A DNA stretch of 64,000 bases from an uncultured Thermoplasmata archaeon (GTDB lineage Archaea; Thermoplasmatota; Thermoplasmata; Halarchaeoplasmatales; Halarchaeoplasmataceae), in the NCBI GenBank assembly GCA_964458595.1, contig CAYWJQ010000003.1, forward strand, positions 123,116 to 187,115, in the 5' to 3' direction. Of the stretch, positions 16,430 through 26,316 are shown one piece after another (the first letter of the stretch is position 1; the number at the start of each line of letters is the position of its first letter). The position numbers and the translations under genes were made by a program. The notes beneath the pieces are model-generated. The model saw only the letters and a program-made list of their open reading frames with translations, did not search any database and was not told the origin of the DNA.

Positions 16430-19063
16430 ATGACACTCACTGGAGATTACGATTTCAAAGAAGCCGAGAGGAAATGGATGGAGAGATGGGAAGATATGGA
16501 TATCTACCATTACGATCCAGATTCCAACAAACCCGTCTTTTCCATCGACACTCCTCCTCCGACTATATCGGGAGAAATGCATATCGGTCACGCCTATTCT
16601 TATACTCAGATGGATATCGTAGCAAGGTACAAGAGGATGCGGGGCTACAATCTGTTCTATCCCTGGGGATGGGACGACAATGGGATAGCGACCGAATTAC
16701 TAGTTATAAATGAGACGGGTATCGACCCCAAAGAAGTCGGCAGAGAAAAATTTAGAGATATCTGTATAGAGGAGAGCGAAAAACTCGAAGAGGAACTGGA
16801 GCGGAAATGGAAGAGGATCGGCACTTCTGCGGATTTCGACCTTTTCTACCGGACCAGTGATGAGAGGACATTGAAGACTTCACAGAAATCGTTCCTCGAT
16901 CTTTACGAGATGGGTAGGGAATACAGGAAAGAAGCTCCTACTCTTTGGTGTCCACACTGTGAGACCGCGATATCACAGGTGGAAACGGAAGATATGAAAA
17001 AAGAAGGCAAGTTCAACAATATCCATTTCTCTGTAAAAGGTGAAGGAGAACTGGTCATCTCGACGACCAGACCAGAACTTCTGCCAGCCTGCGTCGCCAT
17101 CTTCGTTCATCCCGAAGACGAGGAACATAATCATCTAGCAGGAGAAACCGCGGAAGTACCTCTTTTCGGCCAAGAAGTACCTATCTATGAAGACGAAGAC
17201 GTGGATATGGAGACCGGCACCGGAGTAGTGATGTGCTGTACTTTCGGCGATCAGGCCGATATAGACTGGTGGTACGCTCACGATCTACCTCTCAGGATCG
17301 CTATAGATGAGACCGGGTACATGACCGATGTAGCGGAAAAATACGAGGGTATGCACGTCGACGAAGCGAAAGAAGAGATAATAGAAGATCTGAAAGAAGC
17401 TGACAAAATTAGCAAGCAGTGGGATATCACTCACGATGTAAATGTTCACGAGCGATGTGATACGCCGATAGAGTTCTTAGTTACCCAACAGTGGTTCATA
17501 GAATATTTAGACTTAACAGATAAATATCTAGAAGTTGGAGAGGAACTTGAATGGCATCCCGAACACATGAAGGTCAGATACGACAATTGGGTTGACTCTC
17601 TAAAGTGGGATTGGTGTATTTCCAGACAAAGATATCACGGCATACCTTTCCCGGTATGGTACTGCGAGGAGTGCGGAGAGGTTAAGCTCGCGGAGGAGGA
17701 AGACCTTCCCGTAAATCCACTCGAAGACGAACCCAAAGGTGAATGCGAGTCCTGCGGCTCTACAGAGTTCGAGCCTGAAGAGGACGTTTTAGATACTTGG
17801 GCTACTTCTTCGCTAACTCCGTACATAGCGACAAGGTGGATAGAAGATTCGGAGATGTTCGAGGATGTCTTCCCATTCGATCTCAGACCTCAGTCACATG
17901 ATATCATCAGTTTCTGGGCTTTCAACACTATCGTTAAGAGCCTGTTCCATTCCGATACAAAGCCCTGGGACGACATAATGATCCACGGATACCTTATGCT
18001 TCCGGGTGGTAAGAGCTTTTCTTCTTCGAAAGGCATCATAATCGATCCTGAAGAGGTCGCCGATGAACACGGTGCGGATTCGATCAGATATCTGGCAGGA
18101 GTACACAAACCCGGTGAAGACGCCGAATACGAAGAGAAATGGCTGAAAAGAGGTCAAAGGATCAGAACTAAATTCTGGAACGTTCAAAAGCTCATCTCTA
18201 ACTCTTTTGACCAAAAGCCGGAGAAAAAACCCTCACTCGAACTGATAGACAAGTGGCTTTTGACCAAGTACAGCGAGCTCGTCGAATCCGCTACAAATTA
18301 CATGGAAGATTACAGATACGATAAGGCATTAGAAGAAACCGAGTACTTCCTGTGGCACGTCCTAGCGGACCATTATCTCGAGATGGTCAAGTACAGGATA
18401 TACGAGCAGGAGGACGAAGCCGCTGAATACGTTCTTTATCAGGTCGGTCTCGGGATCACTAAACTTCTCGCGCCGGTACTTTCCTTCATCACGGAAGAGG
18501 TGTATGATCAAGTTTACAAAGAGTACCAAGACGAAAAAAGTATTCACGTTGAATCATGGCCGGGACCTATCTTAAAGGAGGAATATGCTGCAGAGACCGG
18601 CGAGATAGTGAAAGATATCATAGCCGAGATAAGGAACTGGAAGTCCGATCAAGGTATCCCTCTCAATGATGAAATAGGTTCTATTAGGCTAGTCACGGAT
18701 AACGAAGACGTGCTGGAGTGTGAGGAGGACATCTTGAACACATTGAAAGCCTCCGATATACAGATCTTGGATGAAGAAGAGATAAAGGAAGAAGCTGTTG
18801 ATATAAAGCCGGACCATTCCAAGATAGGACCTAAATATAAAGATAAAGCTAACGAGGTATTCCAGAGATTGGAAGAAGCGGATCCTGAAAGAGTACATTC
18901 TTCCTTTGAAGAAAACGGGCACTACAAATTCGAATTATCTGATGGGAACGAAGTGACCCTCAGCGAAGACGAGGTCCAATTGAGAAAGTCGAAAGTCCAC
19001 GAAGGAGAAAAGCTCGATTCGCTCTCTATTGATGACATGGTGATACTGCTGGAGAAACGGTAG
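16430..19063 (+). CDS. valS: Valyl-tRNA synthetase (class I, with editing domain)
   Basis: PPPTISGEMHIGHAYSYTQMDIVARYKRMRGYNLFYPWGWDDNGIATE, and WCISRQRYHGIPFPVWYC. Size (~877 aa) fits ValRS better than Ile/LeuRS. The ORF-track start at 16415 is a TTG, and the in-frame ATG at 16430 (MTLTG...) is the more likely start. Confidence 0.65.
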   Translation: MTLTGDYDFKEAERKWMERWEDMDIYHYDPDSNKPVFSIDTPPPTISGEMHIGHAYSYTQMDIVARYKRMRGYNLFYPWGWDDNGIATELLVINETGIDPKEVGREKFRDICIEESEKLEEELERKWKRIGTSADFDLFYRTSDERTLKTSQKSFLDLYEMGREYRKEAPTLWCPHCETAISQVETEDMKKEGKFNNIHFSVKGEGELVISTTRPELLPACVAIFVHPEDEEHNHLAGETAEVPLFGQEVPIYEDEDVDMETGTGVVMCCTFGDQADIDWWYAHDLPLRIAIDETGYMTDVAEKYEGMHVDEAKEEIIEDLKEADKISKQWDITHDVNVHERCDTPIEFLVTQQWFIEYLDLTDKYLEVGEELEWHPEHMKVRYDNWVDSLKWDWCISRQRYHGIPFPVWYCEECGEVKLAEEEDLPVNPLEDEPKGECESCGSTEFEPEEDVLDTWATSSLTPYIATRWIEDSEMFEDVFPFDLRPQSHDIISFWAFNTIVKSLFHSDTKPWDDIMIHGYLMLPGGKSFSSSKGIIIDPEEVADEHGADSIRYLAGVHKPGEDAEYEEKWLKRGQRIRTKFWNVQKLISNSFDQKPEKKPSLELIDKWLLTKYSELVESATNYMEDYRYDKALEETEYFLWHVLADHYLEMVKYRIYEQEDEAAEYVLYQVGLGITKLLAPVLSFITEEVYDQVYKEYQDEKSIHVESWPGPILKEEYAAETGEIVKDIIAEIRNWKSDQGIPLNDEIGSIRLVTDNEDVLECEEDILNTLKASDIQILDEEEIKEEAVDIKPDHSKIGPKYKDKANEVFQRLEEADPERVHSSFEENGHYKFELSDGNEVTLSEDEVQLRKSKVHEGEKLDSLSIDDMVILLEKR

Positions 19064-19064
19064 A

Positions 19065-19337
19065 TCAGGAATAATAGTCCGTGTAAGAAACGTCTTTTTC
19101 CCGTTCTTTTTCTTTGCTACCCCTACACTCTGAGCAGACACCTCTATGCATATGTTCATCACAGACTAAGGAGCCGCATATACTGCAGCTTTGGTTCGCT
19201 TTTTTACCACATATATGGCATCCTCCTATCTCTTTCAAGTACTTTCCACCTCCATCGTTAAATAATACATAATCGATGGTTTTAAATCTGCTCCCTGCAA
19301 CCGAAAAACATATGGTACAGCAGTATTTAGAACTCAA
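19065..19337 (-). CDS. Small Cys-rich zinc-ribbon-like protein (90 aa)
   Basis: Multiple CxxC pairs (CCTIC, CHICG, CSICG, CSEC). No family assigned. Confidence 0.3.
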   Translation of the reverse strand: MSSKYCCTICFSVAGSRFKTIDYVLFNDGGGKYLKEIGGCHICGKKANQSCSICGSLVCDEHMHRGVCSECRGSKEKEREKDVSYTDYYS

Positions 19338-19352
19338 TGCAGGATGATATAA

Positions 19353-20594
19353 ATGGTTGACTTTGAAAAAGAATTCTCGGAAAGAGCTTCGAAGATGAAG
19401 AGGTCAGAGATAAGAGAACTGCTAAAGCTCATCCAACAGCCGGATATAATCTCGTTTGCCGGCGGCCTTCCGAATCCGAAAGCCTTCCCTATCGAAGAGA
19501 CCAGAGAGATAATAAATGATCTTTTGGACAATGAAGGGGAAAAGGTTATGCAGTACGGTTCGACGGAAGGTGTACCCGAACTCAGGAAAGAGCTCTCGAA
19601 GATGATGACGGAGAGAGGGATGGATGTCGACCACGAAAACATACTCATAACTCACGGTTCTCAACAGGCTTTGGACTTATTGAGCAAGGTCATGCTCGAT
19701 CCGAAAGACACCATAATCGTGGGCTCACCGACTTACCTCGGAGCCACGGGAGCTTTCCGTGCTTTTGAGGCCAACATGGAGACGGTCCCTGTGCGGGAGG
19801 ACGGCATGGACACGAGTCTTTTGAGAAATAAGTTGGAAAAGATGGAAAAGAGAGGAGAACTGCCCAAGTTCATCTATGTTGTACTGACCTTCCAAAATCC
19901 TTCGGGAGCGACGATGTCGGCTGAAAAGAGGCATGAACTCTTAGATATCGCCTCAGAATACGATCTTTTAGTGGTGGAAGATTCGCCTTATTCTCACCTG
20001 CGATACGAAGGTGAAGAAAAACCCCACCTCATGGCCATCGATGACGAGGACAGAGTATTGAGGTTGGAAACATTCTCAAAGATACTCGCCCCTGGTTTCC
20101 GGATCGCATGGGCAACCGGTCCTACGGAGCTCATCGAAAAGATGGTCATAGCGAAGCAGGCTACTGATCTCTGCGCTAATCCGTTCGGACAATTCGTGGC
20201 TTACAAATATTTAGCCGAGGGCGTGATGGACGACCATCTTGAAAAGATAAAGAAATTATACAATGAGAAAAGATTGACCATGTTAGAAGCGATGGAAGAA
20301 CACTTCCCCGAAGAGGTAGATTGGAACAGACCTAACGGCGGGATGTTCATCTGGGCTTCTTTACCGGAACATATCGACACGAGAGATATGTTCGATAAAG
20401 CCGTTGATGAGAAGGTAGCTTACGTCGTAGGTGATGCTTTCCACGTAGGCGACGGCGGTCACAACACGATGCGCATAAATTTCACCCACTCCTCCGAGGA
20501 AGAAATAAAAGAGGGCATAAAATCTCTTGGAAAAGTGATCAAAGAAGAGATAAAGTCGAAAAAGGTCGAAGAGGATAGTCCTATATCGCCTTAG
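19353..20594 (+). CDS. PLP-dependent aminotransferase, class I/II fold
   Basis: ~413 aa with the aminotransferase fold-type I pattern (e.g. SFSKILAPGFRIAW lysine region). Substrate not assignable. Confidence 0.65.
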   Translation: MVDFEKEFSERASKMKRSEIRELLKLIQQPDIISFAGGLPNPKAFPIEETREIINDLLDNEGEKVMQYGSTEGVPELRKELSKMMTERGMDVDHENILITHGSQQALDLLSKVMLDPKDTIIVGSPTYLGATGAFRAFEANMETVPVREDGMDTSLLRNKLEKMEKRGELPKFIYVVLTFQNPSGATMSAEKRHELLDIASEYDLLVVEDSPYSHLRYEGEEKPHLMAIDDEDRVLRLETFSKILAPGFRIAWATGPTELIEKMVIAKQATDLCANPFGQFVAYKYLAEGVMDDHLEKIKKLYNEKRLTMLEAMEEHFPEEVDWNRPNGGMFIWASLPEHIDTRDMFDKAVDEKVAYVVGDAFHVGDGGHNTMRINFTHSSEEEIKEGIKSLGKVIKEEIKSKKVEEDSPISP

Positions 20595-21436
20595 AGGAGA
20601 GGATGTGACCTTATCAGCCGGTCGGAAACTTCCTTTTCCTTTGCCAATTTTTTAATTTTTTTAGAGTTGACCAACCCGTTTTCAGTTACGAATTTTCCTC
20701 TTCTTAATGAAGTGAGTTCGAAGTAATCATTTTTCACTTGGATATTTTTTTCTGTATTCCACACTTCTCTTGGAGGATGTTTTTCTTTCCGTGAAACCGG
20801 TATTTTCGATGGAAGTATCTTTGAACTATCCGCTGTCACGAAAAACTCTTTATCTAATTCCTTCGCCAAGACGGCAAGAGGTCTGGTACCTATCTTATTT
20901 AGAAAGCCTTCCACCGAGATGGTGTCGGAACCGACCACTACGCAATCCACTTTATCCATCGCTTTACACATCCCGGCGTCTATCCAGAATTCTACCTTCA
21001 CATCCTCATCGGAGAGATTTTCTGCTAAGACCCTTCCTTCTTTTTTTGGTCGTGACTCGAGAATAACGACTTTTTCTAACTCGGATAAAGATTCTAAAAC
21101 GGTTGAACTGTAGCTGAACGTCAGGACCTTATCGAAATCTCTTTGATCTAATAGATTCTTCATCTCATCGATAACTTTTCTCTTTTTAGAGACAAATTCT
21201 TTTTCGAAACTTTCCAGCTCTGGATCAATTTGCTTTCCTTTATCGATCGAAAGAAAAGTACGGTTCGCAAGATTGAGCAAAGGGGTCATCGAATATCTGT
21301 TTTTGATCAGTGTATCAAGATAACCTTCGATCTCGTCTTTTTCCAACTTTTTGAGACTCTCTATCGCATCCGTCAAAAGCTCTGAAGCGCCTTTCTCAGT
21401 ATCATTCACTATCTTGGAAGCACTTCTAAATCCCAT
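20591..21436 (-). CDS. eIF-2B alpha/beta/delta family protein (aIF-2B-like / ribose-1,5-bisphosphate isomerase family)
   Basis: VVVGSDTISVEGFLNKIGTRPLAVLAKELDKEFFVTADSSKI fits the eIF-2B/MtnA family core. Confidence 0.6.
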   Translation of the reverse strand: MGFRSASKIVNDTEKGASELLTDAIESLKKLEKDEIEGYLDTLIKNRYSMTPLLNLANRTFLSIDKGKQIDPELESFEKEFVSKKRKVIDEMKNLLDQRDFDKVLTFSYSSTVLESLSELEKVVILESRPKKEGRVLAENLSDEDVKVEFWIDAGMCKAMDKVDCVVVGSDTISVEGFLNKIGTRPLAVLAKELDKEFFVTADSSKILPSKIPVSRKEKHPPREVWNTEKNIQVKNDYFELTSLRRGKFVTENGLVNSKKIKKLAKEKEVSDRLIRSHPLL

Positions 21437-21470
21437 ATTTTAGTTTATAGCGCTCCATAATTATCAAATT

Positions 21471-24400
21471 TTGTGTTATAATTTTTTAACCGTAATCTTA
21501 TTTAACCTGTCATCTATTAAGATTGGAACGAGTTCACGCGCGAAAAGTTCGTTTAAATACGGAGGTATAATCACGTCAGAATTAGCTCATTCTAAAGAAA
21601 TTGAAGATTATTTCCAAACCTTGGAAGAAGAAGCCGAGAGCTGTTATGAACTTGCGAAAAAGGCTAGGTCGAAAGGATACGATCCCCAGAAAGAAGTCGA
21701 GATCCCGAGAGCGGAAGATCTAGCTCTTAGAGCTCAAAAGTTGACTGAAGTTGAAGATACCGCGGAAAAGATAAGAGAATTGAGCGAGAAGTACGAAAGA
21801 GAAGAAGTGTCTATCAGGATCGCTAAAGAAGTCGCGTCCAGGGACGAGGGCACCATAGCCGAAAGGCTGGAGGATGCGGTCAGGATCGGATTGGCCGTTC
21901 TCACGGAAGGAATACTCGTGGCCCCCTTAGAAGGTATAGGAGGCGTAGATATAAGAGAAAACAACGACGGTAGTAAGTATGCAGAATTATCTTTTGCTGG
22001 ACCTATACGTTCTGCCGGAGGTACCGGTCAAGCCATGAGTGTGCTCATAGCGGACGTGGTTAGAAGAGAGCTCGGGATCGATGGGTTCCAGCCTACGCCT
22101 GCGGAGATACAGCGTTTCAAGGAAGAGATACCATTGTACAAAAAATCTCTAGGCCTGCAGTATACACCCTCCCCTGAAGAGATATCTTTGATAGTGGACG
22201 GATGTCCGGTCAGTATAAGCGGAGAGGGTACGGGAGAAGAAGAGGTCTCGGGAAACAGAGATCTGCCGAGGGTCGATACTAACCGGGTGAGAGGCGGAGC
22301 GTGTCTAGTCATCGCGGAAGGGATGTGTCTAAAAGCTAAAAAATTGAAAAAATATGTAGAAAAACTCGACATCGAGGGATGGGAATTTATAGACGAATAT
22401 ATAGAGAAACACGCTACTGGAGACAAAGACGACTCAGAAGATTCTGACGAAGATGGGGAGGAAGAGGATAAAGGTATAGCTCCCAAGAAAAAATACATCC
22501 AGGAAACTATCGCGGGAAGACCCGTTTTCGGTCATCCCAGCAAGGAAGGCGGTTTTAGATTGAGATATGGTAGGACTAGAACAGAGGGTCTCGCCGCCGT
22601 CGCGGTCAATCCGGCGGCAATGTACCTTACCGATGAATTCTTGGCTCTAGGAACGCAGATCAAAACCGAACGTCCCGGGAAAGCCGGGGCTATAACTCCA
22701 TGTGATACAATAGAGGGCCCTACCGTTTTGCTCAAAGATGGAACCGTTAAAAGAGTCGATTCTGCGGAGGAGAGTAAAGAACTTCAGAGGAAAGTCGAAG
22801 AGATAATCGATCTGGGAGAGATACTGGTCCCTTTCGGAGAGTTCGTGGAAAATAATCATCCTCTAGTTCCCGGGGCTTACTGTCACGAGTGGTGGGTTCA
22901 GGAGGTGGACGAAGATTTTGAGGAGGAAGAAATCACACCTAAAAAGGCTGTAAACCTTTCGCAAGAGAAAGGGTATCCATTACATCCAAAGTACATCCAC
23001 TTCTGGGATTATGTTGACACTCAAGATATCAGAGAACTCAGGAGTTGGATATCCGATGAGGGAGAGATAGAAGAGGATAGGTTGAAACTGCCGGTAGAAC
23101 AGCAGATGAAAGAGATCCTGGAATCTATCGGTGTCCCGCACGAGAAAGATGATGAGAGTATAATTATAGAAATCTACGAACCGTTTATTTTCTCTCTCGC
23201 CCTCGATGAAGAGAGTCTCAGCAAAACAGGAGAATCTAACGAAGATCGACCATTAGAGTATATCAGTGATCTAGCGGGTGTAACCATAAGGAGTAAGGCT
23301 CCTACAAATATAGGTTCTAGGATGGCGAGACCAGAAAAAGCGAAGGAAAGAAAGATGAGTCCGCCAGTACACGGGCTTTTCCCACTCGGTGACGCCGGCG
23401 GATCGGAAAGACTGGTAAAAAAGGCGGTCGAAGAAGGCATCATAGAGGTAGATATCAGTGCGAGAAGATGTCAAAAATGTGGGAAAAGCGGTGCCCAGAT
23501 CAGATGTACCTGCGGCGGTCGAAGGGAAATAATCGACGAACCGCAGGAACAGAAGATCCCGATGAAAAACATATACAGACAGGCTTTGAATACTCTTGGA
23601 GAAGGGGGAAACATCAGCAAGATAAAAGGAGTTAAAGGTCTCATCACCGAGACCAAAACTCCAGAAGCGCTCGAAAAAGGCATCTTGAGAGCTAAACACG
23701 GCATCTACGTCTTCAAAGACGGTACTTCAAGATATGACATGACGGATCTTCCTCTCACACATTTCAAACCTGAAGAGATAGGTTTGACCGTGGAGAGGGC
23801 TAGAGAACTCGGATATGAAAAAGATATAGATGGTAACGAGTTAGAAAGAGAAGACCAAGTGGTAGAGTTGAAGCCGCAGGATATGGTGATAGCGAATGAA
23901 GCCGGCGAGTACATGGTGAAAGTGGCTGAGTTCGTAGATGATCTATTGGAAAAGTATTATGAATCTGACAAGTACTATAATGCGGAATATAAAGAAGACC
24001 TGATAGGAGAGTTAGTGGTAGGTTTAGCACCTCATACTTCCGGTGGAGTACTCGGCAGGATAATAGGATTTCACGACGGTAGAGCAGGATACGCTCATCC
24101 TCTCTTCCATGCAGCGAAAAGACGGAACTGTCTTCCCGGTGATACGGAAGTTAAGATGGCAGATGGAGGTACCGTAAAGTTAAAAGAGCTCTATGATAGA
24201 GCACACGGGGAGGAAGAGATGGATTCTGTAGGTACCACTGGAAAGGAAATTGAAGAAGAAGTCCTCACAGTCAATGGAAGTGAAATACAAACTTCTAAAG
24301 CGTCCAAAGTGATCAAAACACCCGCACAGGAATTCAAGATCGAGATCGAAACGGAGTCGGGCAGATCAATGGAAGTCTTCCCGGATCACAGGATGAAAAC

Positions 24401-26300
24401 CGATGACGGAATAAAAAAAGCTCGAGAACTTGAAGAAGACGATAGGATATATACCCCTCTACAGATAGATGTTAAAACCGACGATAAAGAAACTCTCGAT
24501 CTGCTTGAATTTATTCCAAACCACAAAAATGTGATGATCAGGCAAGTAGAGAAAAGGGTAAATGAGGCTATAGAAGAACTCGGTGGATTGAAATCTGCTG
24601 TCGAAGAGCTGGGCATATCGAAAAAGACTCTAGGCAATTACAAGTATCGTGAATCCATTCCTTTGAACGTCTACCGAGAGCTGATGGAAAAGGCGGGATC
24701 GAAGAACTCTATTTCCGGAGACGCGGTTCTAGCGGCGAAGAGAGATGCAGTGGAGATACCTCCAAAAATAGATGTGAATTCTGACTTGATGAAAGTGCTG
24801 GGATATTATCTGGCCGAAGGTTATACCAGGAAATCTGAGAAAAAAGGAGAAGAATTTTACCAAATATGCTTTGCCTTCGGGGAAGACGAGATGAAAGATA
24901 ATATCAAAGAGGTTGTAGAAGAAACGTTTGGAATCGAACCGTCTGAAGAGGAGAATGTTTTAACGCTGAGTTCTCGGTTGATATATGAGTTATTTCAGTC
25001 GTTAGAGATAGGATCGGGAGCTAGAGAGAAGAGGGTTCCGGAATTCGTGAGCTCACTGCCGAAAGAGAAAGTTTCGGACCTGCTCTCGGCTTATTTTGCT
25101 GGGGATGGATCGGTGGAAAAAGGATGTCTTCATGTTCAGGCAACTAGTGTATCTCGAGGATTGTTAGACGATATCGATTTCCTTTTGAAGAGGTTCGGTA
25201 TTTACGCCCGCTACAGCCAAAATGAGAGAGAAGCTGGGGGGATATTGACAGAAAAATATGGTGAGGATCACTACGAGGGAAGGACCTTCACTACCAATAA
25301 GCTTCATATCAGGTCATCTCACGCCGTAAAGTTCGGAGAGAAGATAGGATTCGATCTGGAAAGAAAAAATGAAGCCTTGAAAGAAGATTTTTCTTTAGAG
25401 AGAAAACCGAGGATAGACACTTCGGGTAATCTGGTGAAGGAGCGAATTAGAGCTAAAGAGCCCAAAAAATCCGATGAAGAGTTCATGTATGATATTGAAG
25501 TGGATGACACCCACAACTTCGTTACCAAGGATAATCTGATAACGAACAACTGCGACGGAGATGAGGACTGTATAATGCTCCTTTTGGACGGCCTTCTTAA
25601 CTTCTCCGAAGATTTTTTACCGGAGAAAAGAGGAGGTCTGATGGACGCTCCACTAGTTCTAACCACGAAAATAGATCCTTCCGAGATCGACAGCGAAGCT
25701 CACAATGTGGATACGGTTTGGGATTATCCCCTAGAATTCTACGAGAAAACTTTCGAATATCCGAAGCCCAAAAAGGTGGGCGACTTGATAGAGACCTTGG
25801 AGGATAGATTGGAGGATGAAACCCAGTACGAGAATTACGGTTACACACATGAAACGAGTAGATTAGACGAGGGGCCCAGCACCAGCCGATATACTAGACT
25901 TGGAAAGATGACAGAGAAGATGGATTCGCAGATCAAGGTAGCGGATATGATAAACGCTGTGGAAACCAAGGATGTGGTGAGTAGAGTCATAAGCGATCAT
26001 TTCATCCCCGACCTGATAGGCAATCTCAACAAGTTCGGCGTCCAGGATATAAGGTGTACGAAATGTAACACCAAGTATCGAAGGATACCGCTGAGCGGCG
26101 AGTGTAAATGTGGAGGAAATCTAACTCTGACCATACATGAAGGCAGCGTGAAAAAGTATCTCAACTTTTCTCTAGAGATGGTCGAAAAATACGAAGTATC
26201 GGAATATCTTTATCAGCGTGTGAAACAGCTTAACAGACAGATAGAATCCTTGTTTGAAAATGATAAGGTATCCAATCCGAGTCTTGACGAGTTCTGCTGA
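21471..26300 (+). CDS. polC: DNA polymerase II (PolD) large subunit DP2, interrupted by one intein
   Basis: Canonical DP2 motif HAAKRRN|CDGDEDC, split by a 474-aa insertion. DP2-like N-terminal region and C-terminal Zn-finger clusters (CTKCNTKYRRIPLSGECKCGG). The N-terminal 35 residues at the ATG at 21471 look non-native, so the true start is uncertain. Confidence 0.85.
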   Translation: MCYNFLTVILFNLSSIKIGTSSRAKSSFKYGGIITSELAHSKEIEDYFQTLEEEAESCYELAKKARSKGYDPQKEVEIPRAEDLALRAQKLTEVEDTAEKIRELSEKYEREEVSIRIAKEVASRDEGTIAERLEDAVRIGLAVLTEGILVAPLEGIGGVDIRENNDGSKYAELSFAGPIRSAGGTGQAMSVLIADVVRRELGIDGFQPTPAEIQRFKEEIPLYKKSLGLQYTPSPEEISLIVDGCPVSISGEGTGEEEVSGNRDLPRVDTNRVRGGACLVIAEGMCLKAKKLKKYVEKLDIEGWEFIDEYIEKHATGDKDDSEDSDEDGEEEDKGIAPKKKYIQETIAGRPVFGHPSKEGGFRLRYGRTRTEGLAAVAVNPAAMYLTDEFLALGTQIKTERPGKAGAITPCDTIEGPTVLLKDGTVKRVDSAEESKELQRKVEEIIDLGEILVPFGEFVENNHPLVPGAYCHEWWVQEVDEDFEEEEITPKKAVNLSQEKGYPLHPKYIHFWDYVDTQDIRELRSWISDEGEIEEDRLKLPVEQQMKEILESIGVPHEKDDESIIIEIYEPFIFSLALDEESLSKTGESNEDRPLEYISDLAGVTIRSKAPTNIGSRMARPEKAKERKMSPPVHGLFPLGDAGGSERLVKKAVEEGIIEVDISARRCQKCGKSGAQIRCTCGGRREIIDEPQEQKIPMKNIYRQALNTLGEGGNISKIKGVKGLITETKTPEALEKGILRAKHGIYVFKDGTSRYDMTDLPLTHFKPEEIGLTVERARELGYEKDIDGNELEREDQVVELKPQDMVIANEAGEYMVKVAEFVDDLLEKYYESDKYYNAEYKEDLIGELVVGLAPHTSGGVLGRIIGFHDGRAGYAHPLFHAAKRRNCLPGDTEVKMADGGTVKLKELYDRAHGEEEMDSVGTTGKEIEEEVLTVNGSEIQTSKASKVIKTPAQEFKIEIETESGRSMEVFPDHRMKTDDGIKKARELEEDDRIYTPLQIDVKTDDKETLDLLEFIPNHKNVMIRQVEKRVNEAIEELGGLKSAVEELGISKKTLGNYKYRESIPLNVYRELMEKAGSKNSISGDAVLAAKRDAVEIPPKIDVNSDLMKVLGYYLAEGYTRKSEKKGEEFYQICFAFGEDEMKDNIKEVVEETFGIEPSEEENVLTLSSRLIYELFQSLEIGSGAREKRVPEFVSSLPKEKVSDLLSAYFAGDGSVEKGCLHVQATSVSRGLLDDIDFLLKRFGIYARYSQNEREAGGILTEKYGEDHYEGRTFTTNKLHIRSSHAVKFGEKIGFDLERKNEALKEDFSLERKPRIDTSGNLVKERIRAKEPKKSDEEFMYDIEVDDTHNFVTKDNLITNNCDGDEDCIMLLLDGLLNFSEDFLPEKRGGLMDAPLVLTTKIDPSEIDSEAHNVDTVWDYPLEFYEKTFEYPKPKKVGDLIETLEDRLEDETQYENYGYTHETSRLDEGPSTSRYTRLGKMTEKMDSQIKVADMINAVETKDVVSRVISDHFIPDLIGNLNKFGVQDIRCTKCNTKYRRIPLSGECKCGGNLTLTIHEGSVKKYLNFSLEMVEKYEVSEYLYQRVKQLNRQIESLFENDKVSNPSLDEFC
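24129..25550 (+). other. Intein (474 aa) with LAGLIDADG homing-endonuclease domain inserted in DP2 at the conserved RRN/CDGDED site
   Basis: Starts CLPGDTEV (Cys1) right after AAKRRN. Two LAGLIDADG-type motifs (LGYYLAEGYT, LSAYFAGDGSV). Ends ...HNFVTKDNLITNN, followed by extein C (CDGDEDC). Confidence 0.75.
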
Positions 26301-26316
26301 TTCCTCACCAATAAAA

